A DNA stretch of 64,000 nt, taken from contig OZ242339.1 of assembly GCA_965208505.1 (NCBI GenBank), positions 1,407,715 to 1,471,714 of the forward strand, written 5' to 3'. The position numbers and the translations under genes are program-made. The stretch is from Acidimicrobiales bacterium (GTDB lineage Bacteria > Actinomycetota > Acidimicrobiia > Acidimicrobiales > Bin134). Within the stretch, counting starts at the first letter, position 1; each line of letters starts with the position of its first letter. This document shows positions 37,489-47,323 of the stretch, piece by piece. A model generated the notes under the pieces. It had not been told where the DNA came from. It saw only the letters and a list, made by a program, of their open reading frames with translations, and made no database searches.

Positions 37489-38250
37489 TCAGGCTGCGAA
37501 TGCGTCCTGGAGGTCTCTAGCCAGTTCAGGGCGGCAGATGAGGATGCCCCACTGGGCCAGGTCTTGGCGGTTGTAGAGCAGGGGGGAGCCGTCGAGGTGG
37601 GATGCGTGCAGGCCAGCCGCCAAGGCAATGGCGGCCGGGGCGCAGGTGTCCCATTCGTAGAGGCCGCCGGCATGGACCCAGGCGTCGGCCTCGCCGGTCA
37701 CCACGGCCATGGCTTTCACCCCCGCCGAGCCCACGCCGTACACATCGGCATCCAGGTGTCGGGCCAAGCGGTGGCTGTCCCATCGCACCCGGGTGCGGGA
37801 CATCACCACCAGCGGCCGCTTTCGGCCATTGTCGGCCGGCGGACCGTCGGGGTTGATCGTGCTGAACGTGCGGCCCCAGGGAGGCACCGAAACAGCCCCC
37901 GCCGCTGGTTCGCCGTTCACCGACAGCCCGACGTGGACCGCCCAGGTGTCACTCCACTGGTCGGCGTAGTCCGATGACCCGTCCAACGGGTCGACGATCC
38001 ACACCCGCTCGGCCTCGAGCCGGGTTCCGTCGTCTCGCCCCTCCTCAGAAAGCACGGTGTCGTCGGGCCTCAGTTGAGCCAGCATCCCGGTGAGATAGCG
38101 ATGGCTGAGCTGGTCGCCGGCCAACTCCCGGTTGAGGTAACCGGTGCGGGATTCATCCATCTCATCAGAAAGCGCCTGTAGCTGCTCTCCGGCCTGCTGG
38201 GCCAGCCAGTGGGCCAGCTCATGGTCTGTGGGCTCTGGTGTGTCGCTCAC
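37489..38250 (-). CDS. Inositol monophosphatase / CysQ-family 3'(2'),5'-bisphosphate nucleotidase
   Basis: SEEG, WIVDPLDGSSDY and WDTCA motifs. Confidence 0.8.
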   Translation of the reverse strand: MSDTPEPTDHELAHWLAQQAGEQLQALSDEMDESRTGYLNRELAGDQLSHRYLTGMLAQLRPDDTVLSEEGRDDGTRLEAERVWIVDPLDGSSDYADQWSDTWAVHVGLSVNGEPAAGAVSVPPWGRTFSTINPDGPPADNGRKRPLVVMSRTRVRWDSHRLARHLDADVYGVGSAGVKAMAVVTGEADAWVHAGGLYEWDTCAPAAIALAAGLHASHLDGSPLLYNRQDLAQWGILICRPELARDLQDAFAA

Positions 38251-39278
38251 CGAGCCAGCACGATCGGTCGCCAGTCCAGCACCGGAACCGGTTCGGCACC
38301 GTTGCGCTCGGCATGCACGGTCACGGTAAAGGCAAGCAGGCGGCCGTTGGCCACCGGCTGCACTGCATCGAGGGTGGCGGCCACATCCACCACGTCGTCC
38401 TCAAACACGGGTCCAGTGTGGTCGCACAGTTGCCAGCCCACCACCGTGGCCGCGGTGGGCAGCAGGCGCCCGAGTCCGGCCTGGGCTAGCCCCACGGTGT
38501 GCCCCCCGTACACCAACCGCTTGCCTCCCTGACCTAGCGACGCATCCCGATGGGGCGGGGCCAGGTTCTGGGTGAGCCGGGCCAGCGCGGGGGCGTCGGT
38601 CACTGTGTCCCGCAAGGGATCGCGGCGAGTCTCCCCTCTAGCCCACTCTTGAGGGCCTCCGAGCGGACCCAAGTCCCAGTCGCTAGGGGCAGCTTCAACA
38701 AAGGGAGCCATGTCGAGTTCTTTGAGGGCGCCTCCCAAATCATCGGCATGGCCGGTGGAAGCATCAGTTCGGCGGCGCACCAGCGCGCACCGCTCGAAGT
38801 CCAGCACCAGTCGGCCCTGTTCATCGTGGGTTTGCATGCCGAGCAGCACCAGGCCCCGAGGCGGCCGGTCGGGCCGGGCCGACGCCTCCCTCAGACCCCT
38901 AACGGTGACCGCCGTGGTAAGCGTGTCGCCCACCCGCACGGTACGGAGTTGGCGCACCCCGCGGTAGAACAGGTTGGCCACCACCTTGCGGGTGGCCACG
39001 GTGGACTGTCCAATGGCCACCTGCAACACCAAGGCAGGGTTGACCACCGCGCCGGGCTCGCCGGTGATGGCCTCAGCCAGTGGGCGGCTCAAGCTGATGG
39101 CCAACGGATCGCCGCAAATAGCCTGGTAAGCGGCAGCTTCGCCTGGCCCGATGGTGATTGCCGGGGCAGGGTCGATCTGCCCGCCAACAGTGAAATCCTC
39201 GAACCAGGGGCCATCTCCTGCCGGTGCAACCACGCCCCGAAGTAAACCACGCCAGCCGTTGATCGTCGGAACCGGCAT
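38247..39278 (-). CDS. MaoC-like (double hot-dog) dehydratase
   Basis: 343 aa in two hot-dog-like halves, with an FEDFTVGGQI start typical of the MaoC family. Confidence 0.65.
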   Translation of the reverse strand: MPVPTINGWRGLLRGVVAPAGDGPWFEDFTVGGQIDPAPAITIGPGEAAAYQAICGDPLAISLSRPLAEAITGEPGAVVNPALVLQVAIGQSTVATRKVVANLFYRGVRQLRTVRVGDTLTTAVTVRGLREASARPDRPPRGLVLLGMQTHDEQGRLVLDFERCALVRRRTDASTGHADDLGGALKELDMAPFVEAAPSDWDLGPLGGPQEWARGETRRDPLRDTVTDAPALARLTQNLAPPHRDASLGQGGKRLVYGGHTVGLAQAGLGRLLPTAATVVGWQLCDHTGPVFEDDVVDVAATLDAVQPVANGRLLAFTVTVHAERNGAEPVPVLDWRPIVLAR

Positions 39279-39290
39279 TAGTCTCAGCCC

Positions 39291-40193
39291 ATGGCAGCAG
39301 TCGCAAACGAGGAAATCCCAGTCATCATCGAGGTGGCCATCAACGGCATCACCAGCCCCGACATCAACCCCAATGTGCCCCTCAGCGCCGAGGCCATCAG
39401 GGACGACTCCCTGGCTTGTCTAGACCAGGGCGCGGCCATCATTCATGCCCACAATTACGACATAAGCCTCACCGGGGAGGCCGCCGCCGGCCCCTACATC
39501 GATGCCATGACCCCAGTGCTGGCCACCCGGCCCGACGCCCTGTGGTATCCCACGCTCACATCAGGCGCCGACCACCAGGCCAAGAACGCCCACATGGCTA
39601 TGATCGCCGCCGAGTTGCCCCTACGCATGGGGGTGGTGGACCCGGGTTCCACCAATATCGGGGCGGCCGGGCCCGACGGCCTGCCGGTGGGCGGCACCTA
39701 CAAGAACGACTACGCCGATATCCGGGCCAGCTTCGATCTGTGCCGCGACAACGGATGGGGGCCGGCACTGGCCATCTACGAGCCCGGGTTTTTGCAGTGC
39801 GTGCTCTCCTACTATCGGGCCGGCCAGTTACCCGCCGGGTCTATGGCCAAGCTCTATTTCGGGGCTGAGTGGGGGCTCACTCGCCGGTCCAAGGGCGTGA
39901 CCTTCGGCCTCTCCCCCACCAAACACGCCCTGCTGGCCTATCTGGACATGCTGGAAGACACCGACATTCCCTGGTCGGTTTCGGTTTGGGGCGGCGACCT
40001 CATGGCCACTCCCCTGCCTCGACTGGCCCTGGAGCTCGGCGGCCATCTCCACGTGGGCATCGAGGAGTTCTACGACCCCTACCGCTCCCCCACCAACCAA
40101 GAGTTGCTGGCCGAAGCGGTCGCTCTGTGCAACGAGGTAGGCCGCCCTATCGCGAGCTGCGACCAAGCCGCAGAGATGCTGGGACTGCCCTAG
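39291..40193 (+). CDS. BKACE-family (DUF849) beta-keto acid cleavage enzyme
   Basis: VIIEVAINGITSP...AAIIHAH pattern; about 300 aa. Confidence 0.75.
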   Translation: MAAVANEEIPVIIEVAINGITSPDINPNVPLSAEAIRDDSLACLDQGAAIIHAHNYDISLTGEAAAGPYIDAMTPVLATRPDALWYPTLTSGADHQAKNAHMAMIAAELPLRMGVVDPGSTNIGAAGPDGLPVGGTYKNDYADIRASFDLCRDNGWGPALAIYEPGFLQCVLSYYRAGQLPAGSMAKLYFGAEWGLTRRSKGVTFGLSPTKHALLAYLDMLEDTDIPWSVSVWGGDLMATPLPRLALELGGHLHVGIEEFYDPYRSPTNQELLAEAVALCNEVGRPIASCDQAAEMLGLP

Positions 40194-40197
40194 TCCG

Positions 40198-41022
40198 CTA
40201 GACGCAGATGTTCTCCAGCGCTCCGAGGCCTTCGATCTTGGAGAGGATCACATCGCCAGGCTTCAGGTAGAGACCTTGGGCGTGGCCGACGCCGCCGGGG
40301 GTACCGGTGAAGATGAGATCGCCGGGGTGCAAGGTGAGGATCGACGACAAATAGGCCACGATCTCAGCAACTGGGCGCATGAGGTAGCTGGTGCGGCTGT
40401 CTTGGCGCGACTCGCCGTTGACGCGACAGGAGATGGCCAGATCGTCGGGGCTCTCCACCAGATCAGGGCTCACCAGTGCAGGGCCGGTAGGGCCGAATGA
40501 CTCTCGGGACTTGCCCAGGTTGAACTGCGGCGGGGTGGCGGCCACCTGGAGTGCCCGGTCGGATATGTCCTGGCCGACCATCAGTCCGGCCACCCGGTCC
40601 CAGGCCTGGGACTCTTCGATGTTCCTGGTCTCGGCCCCGATTACCGCCACCAGCTCACACTCGTAGTCGCAGTGGCCGCCCACAAGCTTGACCGGTGCGG
40701 TGGGGCCGACCAGGCAGGCGGGGAACTTGGTGAACACCACCGGCGCCTCGTTGGTGGTCCGGCCCAGATAGTCCACCTCGTCCATCTCCTCGACGTGGTC
40801 GCGGTAGTTGAGCCCATAGGCGAACACCTGCTTGGGATCGGGCACTGGCGGTCCCAACTCGGCCGGGCTCAGTTGCCCGTCGGGAGCGCCCCGGCTAGCC
40901 CATTGGCGGTGCAGATCATCGAGACTGCTCAGGGCTTCCATCGGTGCGATCCCCAACGCCCAATAGTCCTCCCCATCCAGCAGCACTGCCTGTCCGGCGC
41001 GATTGGCCAGTTGAAAGCTCAC
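40198..41022 (-). CDS. Fumarylacetoacetate hydrolase (FAH) family protein
   Basis: GLNYRDH, ECELVAVIG and IFTGTPGGVG motifs. Start moved to GTG 41022 to remove overlap with the upstream gene. Confidence 0.8.
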   Translation of the reverse strand: MSFQLANRAGQAVLLDGEDYWALGIAPMEALSSLDDLHRQWASRGAPDGQLSPAELGPPVPDPKQVFAYGLNYRDHVEEMDEVDYLGRTTNEAPVVFTKFPACLVGPTAPVKLVGGHCDYECELVAVIGAETRNIEESQAWDRVAGLMVGQDISDRALQVAATPPQFNLGKSRESFGPTGPALVSPDLVESPDDLAISCRVNGESRQDSRTSYLMRPVAEIVAYLSSILTLHPGDLIFTGTPGGVGHAQGLYLKPGDVILSKIEGLGALENICV

Positions 41023-41053
41023 CTCGGTCTCCCCTTCGCTTTCGGCCTCGGGG

Positions 41054-43126
41054 CTACAGCGTGGCGGCCAACTCGACCGCGGACCGCATGGCCCCTTCCA
41101 AAAAGCCCGGCTGGGCGCAGTCGCCCACCGAGTGGACTTCGGCACCGTCAGACCGCAGCTCATCAGCCAACGACGTATCGGCAGCCAGCTCAGAAGTCAC
41201 TACCACCAGATCGGCGGGGGTGGTCTGCTCGGCGCCGTTGGCGCGCCACACCACCCCGTCGTCGGTGATGGCTACAACTTCGGCTCCGGTAACCAGGTTT
41301 ACGCCGGCCTGGCCGAGGTCGTTGACCACCCGCCATCGCCCAGGCAATCCGAGGGAGAAGCCGAACGCGGGGCCAGACTCGATCAGCGTGACCTCGGCAC
41401 CCTGATGGTGGGCGGTCTCGGTCACCCCGAGGCCAGGCAGGTCCCCGCCAAGCACCGCCACCCGGGCGGCGTCCAGCGGGTTGCCGTCGAGCAGCCACGG
41501 GGCCAGGTCGTCCACTCCCCACACGTTGGGGCCGTCGATGCCGTCGACTTCAGGGCGGCCCCATTGTCCGCCCACCGCGACCACCACTGCGTCGGGTGAC
41601 AGCGCGCTGGCGGCAACCGCATCCAGCCGAGTGTTGAGCCGCACATCCACACCGAGTTGGTCGAGTTGGCGCTCGAACCACACCATGAGCTCCGCGTTCA
41701 CGTCGCTGGTGGCCGAGGCCAGCGCCCACCGGCCGCCGAGCCGGTGGGACCCCTCGGCCAGGATCACCTCATGTCCCCGCAGGGCGGCCACCCGGGCCGT
41801 CTCCATACCCGAGGGTCCGCCACCCACCACCAGCACTCGCCGGGCGGCCGGTGCGGCCTCGGCGGTCAGCTCGTCCTCCCGGCCCAAGAATCCGTTGCCC
41901 GCGCACCGGGTGCCCACCCGCAGGAAGATGTTGCCGATGCAGCGGTAGTGGTACACGCAGGGGCGCACGTCCTCGGAGCGGCCCGCGGCCAGTTTGTTGA
42001 CCAGGTCGGGGTCGGCCAGGATCTTGCGGCCCATGGCCACATAGTCGTATTTGCCCTCGGCGATGTGGCGGTCGGCGGCTTCGGGGCTGATCCGCCCCAC
42101 CGCGATAACCGGAACGTCCACCTCTGCCTTGACCGCAGCCGCGTTGGGCACCAGCAGTTCGGGCTCGTGGGGGCCGTAGGAGTCGGTGGGTCCGGTGGCG
42201 ATGCCGGGGTCGTGGTAGGCCGACACATGGATGGCATCGGCCCCAGCGGCCGCCGCTTGGCGGGAGTTGTAGAGGGCGTCGTCGAGGACGATGCCGTCGA
42301 TGCCCACCTCGGTGCTGTTGAGCCGCACCCACACGGCGTAGTCGTCGCCCACCCGCCGGCGAGTCTCGGTGAGGATCTCCACCAGGAACCGGGCCCGATT
42401 CTCTCTCGACCCCCCGTATTCGTCATCGCGGGTGTTGATTGTGGGCGACAAGAAGGCGTCGATGAGATAGCCGTGGCCGCAGTGCAGTTCCACCGCGTCC
42501 ACCCCGGCCTCCCGAGCCCGCACAGTGGCTGATGCGAACTGGTCGACCACGATGGCGATGTCGTCGTGGTCCATCACCCGGTAATGGGGATTGGAGGTGG
42601 GGGCCATGAACGGCTCAGCCATCATGGCCCCCTCATCGGCGGTGACCATCCCGTACAGCGGGTCGATGGTCATCTCCCCTGGCTGCGACGGAACCCACAT
42701 GGGGCGCCCGGCCATGGTGTCTTGGAGGCCCATCTTGCCGGCGTGGGTGAGCTGCATGGCGATCTTGCCGCCGTGGGCGTGAACCCGGTCGGCCGCCCGC
42801 TTCCACGATGGGATGAACCGGTCCTCGGAGATGGCGGTCTGGCGCTTGTTGGAACAACCCACCGGATGGGCCACCCCCACCGACCCCAGCATGACCACGG
42901 CCATGCCGCCCTTGGCCCTAGCTTCCAGGTAGGCGGCCTGGTCGTCGGAGACCTCACCGTTCTCGTCGCCCAGTTCTTCCCCCATCGGGGCCATGATCAG
43001 CCGGTTGCGCAGCTCCAGAGTGCCGATGCGCCCCGGCAACAGCAGATGCTCGTAGCTCAAGGGCTTCTGCTGGCTCTTCGACAAGTCCTCGTAGCTCATG
43101 GCCCCATCATGGCCCATCGACAGCAA
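41054..43126 (-). CDS. Old-yellow-enzyme-type NADH:flavin oxidoreductase fused to an FAD/NAD(P) domain (2,4-dienoyl-CoA reductase-like)
   Basis: 690 aa with an N-terminal OYE TIM barrel (LRNRLIMAPM, HCGHGYL), a CxxC..C Fe-S region and a VVGGGPSG Rossmann motif. Confidence 0.85.
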   Translation of the reverse strand: MLSMGHDGAMSYEDLSKSQQKPLSYEHLLLPGRIGTLELRNRLIMAPMGEELGDENGEVSDDQAAYLEARAKGGMAVVMLGSVGVAHPVGCSNKRQTAISEDRFIPSWKRAADRVHAHGGKIAMQLTHAGKMGLQDTMAGRPMWVPSQPGEMTIDPLYGMVTADEGAMMAEPFMAPTSNPHYRVMDHDDIAIVVDQFASATVRAREAGVDAVELHCGHGYLIDAFLSPTINTRDDEYGGSRENRARFLVEILTETRRRVGDDYAVWVRLNSTEVGIDGIVLDDALYNSRQAAAAGADAIHVSAYHDPGIATGPTDSYGPHEPELLVPNAAAVKAEVDVPVIAVGRISPEAADRHIAEGKYDYVAMGRKILADPDLVNKLAAGRSEDVRPCVYHYRCIGNIFLRVGTRCAGNGFLGREDELTAEAAPAARRVLVVGGGPSGMETARVAALRGHEVILAEGSHRLGGRWALASATSDVNAELMVWFERQLDQLGVDVRLNTRLDAVAASALSPDAVVVAVGGQWGRPEVDGIDGPNVWGVDDLAPWLLDGNPLDAARVAVLGGDLPGLGVTETAHHQGAEVTLIESGPAFGFSLGLPGRWRVVNDLGQAGVNLVTGAEVVAITDDGVVWRANGAEQTTPADLVVVTSELAADTSLADELRSDGAEVHSVGDCAQPGFLEGAMRSAVELAATL

Positions 43127-43222
43127 CCGGGTCAGAACACAGGAGCTGGTTCTGACCTCAGGATCGAATGGTCATCGATTCAGAACTGCCCGCGAACAGC
43201 GGTGTGGCCGTATCCTCACCAA

Positions 43223-44170
43223 GTGTCTTTGATCGCAGCGTGGGGGCTGACCAAGCAGTTCGGCGATTTCACCGCGGTCGACGGCATCGACTTCGAGGTC
43301 GAACGAGGCGAGGTGTTCGGCTTTCTGGGACCCAACGGCGCGGGCAAGTCGTCCACTATGCGGATGATCGGCTGCGTGTCCGACCCTACCGGCGGCGCTC
43401 TGCGCATCTTGGGCATGGACCCTTCTCGTGAGGGCACCAATATCCGGTCTCGCCTGGGGGTGGTTCCCCAGCAGGACAACCTTGATGAAGAGTTGTCGGT
43501 GGCCGAGAACCTGTACGTCTATGGGCGCTACTTCGACCTGCCCCGGTCGAAGCTGCGCACCCGTATCGCTGAATTGCTGGAGTTCGTACAGCTCACCGAG
43601 CGGGCCAACGACCACGTGGAACCGCTGTCGGGGGGCATGAAGCGCCGACTGACCATCGCTCGGGCCTTGATCAGCGAACCCGAGGTACTGCTGCTGGATG
43701 AGCCCACCACCGGCCTCGACCCCCAAGCCCGCCATGTGGTGTGGGAGCGGCTGTGGACGCTCAAGCGCCAAGGGGTGACCCAGGTGCTCACCACCCACTA
43801 CATGGACGAGGCCGAGCAGCTCTGCGACCGGTTGGTGGTGATGGACCGGGGCAAGATCGTGGCCGAAGGCTCGCCGCGCCAGTTGATCGAGCGCTACTCC
43901 ACTCGCGAGGTGGTGGAGGTGCGAACCCACGGTCAGGTAGCCGTGATGGCCGAAGCGCTGCGCCGCTTGGGCGAGAGCCCCGAGGCCCAGGCGAAGGAGG
44001 AGCTCTATGAGCGGGTTGAAGAACTGCCCGATCGAGTGCTTCTCTACACCGACCAGGGCGAACGGCTGGTGGCCCTGCTTGGGGAAGTCGAGCATGAGAG
44101 CGTACTCGTGCGCCGCAGCACCCTCGAAGACGTCTTCTTGCATCTCACCGGCCGCTCGCTGGTGGACTGA
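43223..44170 (+). CDS. ABC transporter ATP-binding protein (ABC-2 / DrrA-NodI type)
   Basis: From GTG 43223: GFLGPNGAGKSST, LSGGMKRRL and LLLDEPTTGLD motifs. The upstream part of track ORF 42566 is antisense to the OYE gene. Confidence 0.9.
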   Translation: MSLIAAWGLTKQFGDFTAVDGIDFEVERGEVFGFLGPNGAGKSSTMRMIGCVSDPTGGALRILGMDPSREGTNIRSRLGVVPQQDNLDEELSVAENLYVYGRYFDLPRSKLRTRIAELLEFVQLTERANDHVEPLSGGMKRRLTIARALISEPEVLLLDEPTTGLDPQARHVVWERLWTLKRQGVTQVLTTHYMDEAEQLCDRLVVMDRGKIVAEGSPRQLIERYSTREVVEVRTHGQVAVMAEALRRLGESPEAQAKEELYERVEELPDRVLLYTDQGERLVALLGEVEHESVLVRRSTLEDVFLHLTGRSLVD

Positions 44171-44964
44171 TGGCCCCCGCCGCAGTGGTCCCCAGTACTC
44201 GACTGGCCGTCGAGTACTGGCTGTTGACCTATCGCCGCAACTGGAAAGGCTCGCTGCTGACCAGTTTCTTGAGTCCGATTCTGTTCCTGGCCGCCATGGG
44301 ATTGGGTCTCGGTTCTCTGGTCGATGCCGAGGTGGGTTCCGGCCGGGACCTGGGCGGGCTCGACTATCTGGATTTCCTGGCCCCCGGACTGCTGGCCGGC
44401 AACGCCATGATGCTGGCGGTCAACGAGTCCACCTACCCGGTGCTGGGTGGCTTCAAGTGGTACCGCACCTATATGGCCATGGCCTCTTCCCCGCTGCGGG
44501 GCCGCGACATCCTGCTGGGCCATTTCACCTACATGGCCTTCCGGGTGACGTTGGCCAGCTTCGTGTTCTTGGGGGTTATGGCCGCCTTCGGGTCGGTGTC
44601 GTCGCCGCTGGCCGTACTGGCCCCGTTATGCGCCGCCCTTTGCGGCATGGCCTTCGCTACCCCTACCGCTGCCTTTGTCGCCACCCGGATCAACGCCGAC
44701 AACTTCAGCACCTACACCCGGTTTGTGATCATGCCCATGTTCTTGTTCTCGGGCATCTTCTACCCGGTTTCCCAGCTTCCCATCGTGCTCGAGCAAATCG
44801 CCTGGCTCACCCCGGTATGGCACGGGGTGAGGCTATGTCGGGCGCTGAGCACCGGGAGCGGGCTGGGGTGGGATCTAGCCGGTCACCTGGCCTATCTGGT
44901 GGCCCTGATCCTGATCGGCACGCTGATAGCCAGCAGGACCTTCACCCGAAGGCTGTACGAATGA
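44170..44964 (+). CDS. ABC-2 type transporter permease
   Basis: 264 aa with six predicted hydrophobic segments. Its ATG overlaps the ATPase stop (TGATG). Confidence 0.8.
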   Translation: MAPAAVVPSTRLAVEYWLLTYRRNWKGSLLTSFLSPILFLAAMGLGLGSLVDAEVGSGRDLGGLDYLDFLAPGLLAGNAMMLAVNESTYPVLGGFKWYRTYMAMASSPLRGRDILLGHFTYMAFRVTLASFVFLGVMAAFGSVSSPLAVLAPLCAALCGMAFATPTAAFVATRINADNFSTYTRFVIMPMFLFSGIFYPVSQLPIVLEQIAWLTPVWHGVRLCRALSTGSGLGWDLAGHLAYLVALILIGTLIASRTFTRRLYE

Positions 44965-45803
44965 GCCCTACAAGAATGCACATCGTGGGCCAGGGGCGCC
45001 GCCCCAACCGGCTGGGATTGGCCGCGGCGGCGGGTTTGCTGCCGTCGCGGCGATTCGCCCGAGTCGTGGAGCGCAACATCGCCGTGTACCGGCGCACCTG
45101 GGTCACCCTGTTGTCGGGGTTCTTCGAGCCGGTCTTCTACCTGTTGTCCATCGGCATCGGCATCGGCGAGCTAGTGGGCGACGTGACCGTCGGGGGGCGA
45201 ACCATTGATTACCGCACGTTCGTAGCACCCGGTCTGTTGGCCACTTCGGCCATGAACGGCACCTTCTACGACAGCACCATGAACATGTACTACAAGCTCA
45301 CCTGGGCCAAGATCTACGACGCCGTCCTGGCCACTCCGGTAGGGGTCGTGGATTTGGCCCTGGGCGAGATGGGCTGGTCGGTGCTGCGGGCCACCCTTTA
45401 TTCCGGCGGCTTCCTGGGCATCATGGCCGGACTCGGCCTGGTGGACTCGGTGTGGGCCATCGCCGCGTTACCGGGGGCAACGCTGATCGGCTTCACCTTC
45501 GCCGCCCTGGGCATGGCTGCCACCAGCTACATGCGGAGCTGGAACGACCTCGACCTGGTAACCGTGCCTCTCATCGTCCAGTTCCTGTTCTCCGCCACCT
45601 TCTTCCCCCTCGACACCTACCCCCGCGCCGTGCAGTTTCTGGTGCAAGCCACCCCCCTCTACCACGGCGTAGCCATGGAACGAGCCTTCATCGCCGGCAA
45701 CATCAGCATCGATCTGGTAGTCCACATCACCTACCTCCTAGCCCTAGCCGCCGCCGGCGCCGCCATCGCCAGCCGCCGCCTCGGCCAGTTGCTTACGCCG
45801 TAA
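44961..45803 (+). CDS. ABC-2 type transporter permease (second subunit)
   Basis: From ATG 44961 (ATGA overlap). Polytopic and paralogous to the preceding permease. Confidence 0.8.
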   Translation: MSPTRMHIVGQGRRPNRLGLAAAAGLLPSRRFARVVERNIAVYRRTWVTLLSGFFEPVFYLLSIGIGIGELVGDVTVGGRTIDYRTFVAPGLLATSAMNGTFYDSTMNMYYKLTWAKIYDAVLATPVGVVDLALGEMGWSVLRATLYSGGFLGIMAGLGLVDSVWAIAALPGATLIGFTFAALGMAATSYMRSWNDLDLVTVPLIVQFLFSATFFPLDTYPRAVQFLVQATPLYHGVAMERAFIAGNISIDLVVHITYLLALAAAGAAIASRRLGQLLTP

Positions 45804-45817
45804 ATCTGTTCCAGGCC

Positions 45818-47323
45818 TTACTCGGGGAGTGTGAGCTGGGATTCGGGCTGATTGCGCAGGCTCATGGCCTGTTCGCATTGGCTTTGGTGCCTGGCCGGTG
45901 TGTCGCGTGTGCAGTAGTGCTCCACGGTTTGTATGTCCAACACGGTGGCCCTCGCGTTGGCTTTGTTACAGGCTGCGTTTATGAGGGTTTCGTGGGGCTG
46001 TTTGGGCCTGCTATAGCCGTTGTCGTTGAAGTCGGGCGGGGCTATTGGGTCGACGATGACCCGGTCTCCGGTGGTCATCGGGCCGATGTCGCCGTTCCAC
46101 AGCGTCCAGGCGTCTTCGTCGAAGCGGACCTGGGGATAAGGCAGATCCAGCCTGACGGCGAGCGGTCGCCCGTCGGGGCCAGTGTGCTTCCACAAGTCTC
46201 CCCACAGCACCCCTTGCGACGTGGAGGACGCCGTCGGGTGCAGGTACGCGCACACCCGTTCGTAGTCGTTCGGCCCTGCGGGTTCTATCTTCAGGATCCC
46301 CACCAGCTTTGCCACCTCCAGCTCCATGTCGGGATGGTGCGGATGCATGCCGAAGAACGGCGGCGGTAGCAGATCTGCAACGAGGCGTGGATCACCGGGG
46401 CCCCGGCTGGCGGCGGAGGGCTCATCAGAAGGTGCGAGGCCTTGCTGTTCCAGCAGATCCCTCTGGTTGTGAGGTCTCGTGTCCTCCACGCAGATGCGCT
46501 GCCAACTTTGCTCTGCGGGTGGCCAGTCTGGCGGTTCTTGCGCGCAATACCACTTTACGGTCTCCAAACCGAGGACAACGCCGACTCCTTGGGCGGCGCA
46601 GATATCCCAGAAAAGATGCATCTCGTGGAACTCCTTGCCCCCCTCCGTGTAGCGACCCTCGCCTCCGCCAGTGAGGACCCGGTCTCCGTGGGAGATAGGG
46701 ATGTCGCTGCTCCACAGCGTCTGGGTGCTGTTGTCAAAGCGCACCTCGGGATAAGGCAACGACAACGCCAAGCGCTGTCGCCGATCGCCCGTCAACCAGT
46801 CGTACGAATTGGTAGACGAGTCGTACGAGTCGATGATGAAGTACACACAAGGTGGCTCAATGGACACAATTCCCTGCCATAGCTCCAACGGGAACTGCAT
46901 TTCGGGGTGGAATGCGTACATGCCCGCCAGCGGCGGCCTCGGCCAATCCCCGCCATTCCACCCGCTGCTGTCCTGACTCCCCGCCACGGTCCGCTCGGGA
47001 GGTCGATCCGTATCGCTCCGGTCAGTCTCGGCCGTCGCCGACACGGTGGCAACCGGCTGGTCCATACCTTCCTGCGGCTCCGCTCCACTTCGGTCAGGCT
47101 CGGGCGTCGCCGACACGGTTGCCGACGGTTGTTCCACTGCCGCCTGGTTCCCTGTCGAGCACCCCGCAAGGACCACAGCCAAGTAGACCAATGCAATTCC
47201 ATACCACACGGTCCGGCGCGGCGCGGCGGGCACTCTGACCCCGCGTGCCTCTTCTTGCGTTATGCACCCTTTACAGCGGTTTTGATTCCGCCGAGTCACT
47301 TGGGAGCTACCAGGAGCCGTCAC
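45818..47323 (-). CDS. Cys-rich lipoprotein with two internal ~150 aa repeats (unknown family)
   Basis: LAGC lipobox and a short tandem repeat QPSATVSATPEPDRS / QPVATVSATAETDRS. Two large repeats share GM(Y/H)..HP(E/D)M, LPYP(E/Q)VRFD....TLW..DI.....GDRV and TV(K/E).YC. G+C is lower than in the flanks. Confidence 0.7.
   Translation of the reverse strand: MTAPGSSQVTRRNQNRCKGCITQEEARGVRVPAAPRRTVWYGIALVYLAVVLAGCSTGNQAAVEQPSATVSATPEPDRSGAEPQEGMDQPVATVSATAETDRSDTDRPPERTVAGSQDSSGWNGGDWPRPPLAGMYAFHPEMQFPLELWQGIVSIEPPCVYFIIDSYDSSTNSYDWLTGDRRQRLALSLPYPEVRFDNSTQTLWSSDIPISHGDRVLTGGGEGRYTEGGKEFHEMHLFWDICAAQGVGVVLGLETVKWYCAQEPPDWPPAEQSWQRICVEDTRPHNQRDLLEQQGLAPSDEPSAASRGPGDPRLVADLLPPPFFGMHPHHPDMELEVAKLVGILKIEPAGPNDYERVCAYLHPTASSTSQGVLWGDLWKHTGPDGRPLAVRLDLPYPQVRFDEDAWTLWNGDIGPMTTGDRVIVDPIAPPDFNDNGYSRPKQPHETLINAACNKANARATVLDIQTVEHYCTRDTPARHQSQCEQAMSLRNQPESQLTLPE

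Noticed and set aside
42566-43222. N-terminal extensions of track ORFs: 42566-44170, 44007-45803, 30857-32116, 33072-34613, 22018-22737, 48952-49290, 49593-50867, 40198-41163, 17073-18479, 6642-8165.
   Set aside because: The extensions overlap neighbouring well-supported genes and have shadow-ORF composition. In-frame internal ATG or GTG starts give proteins beginning at the expected family N-termini.
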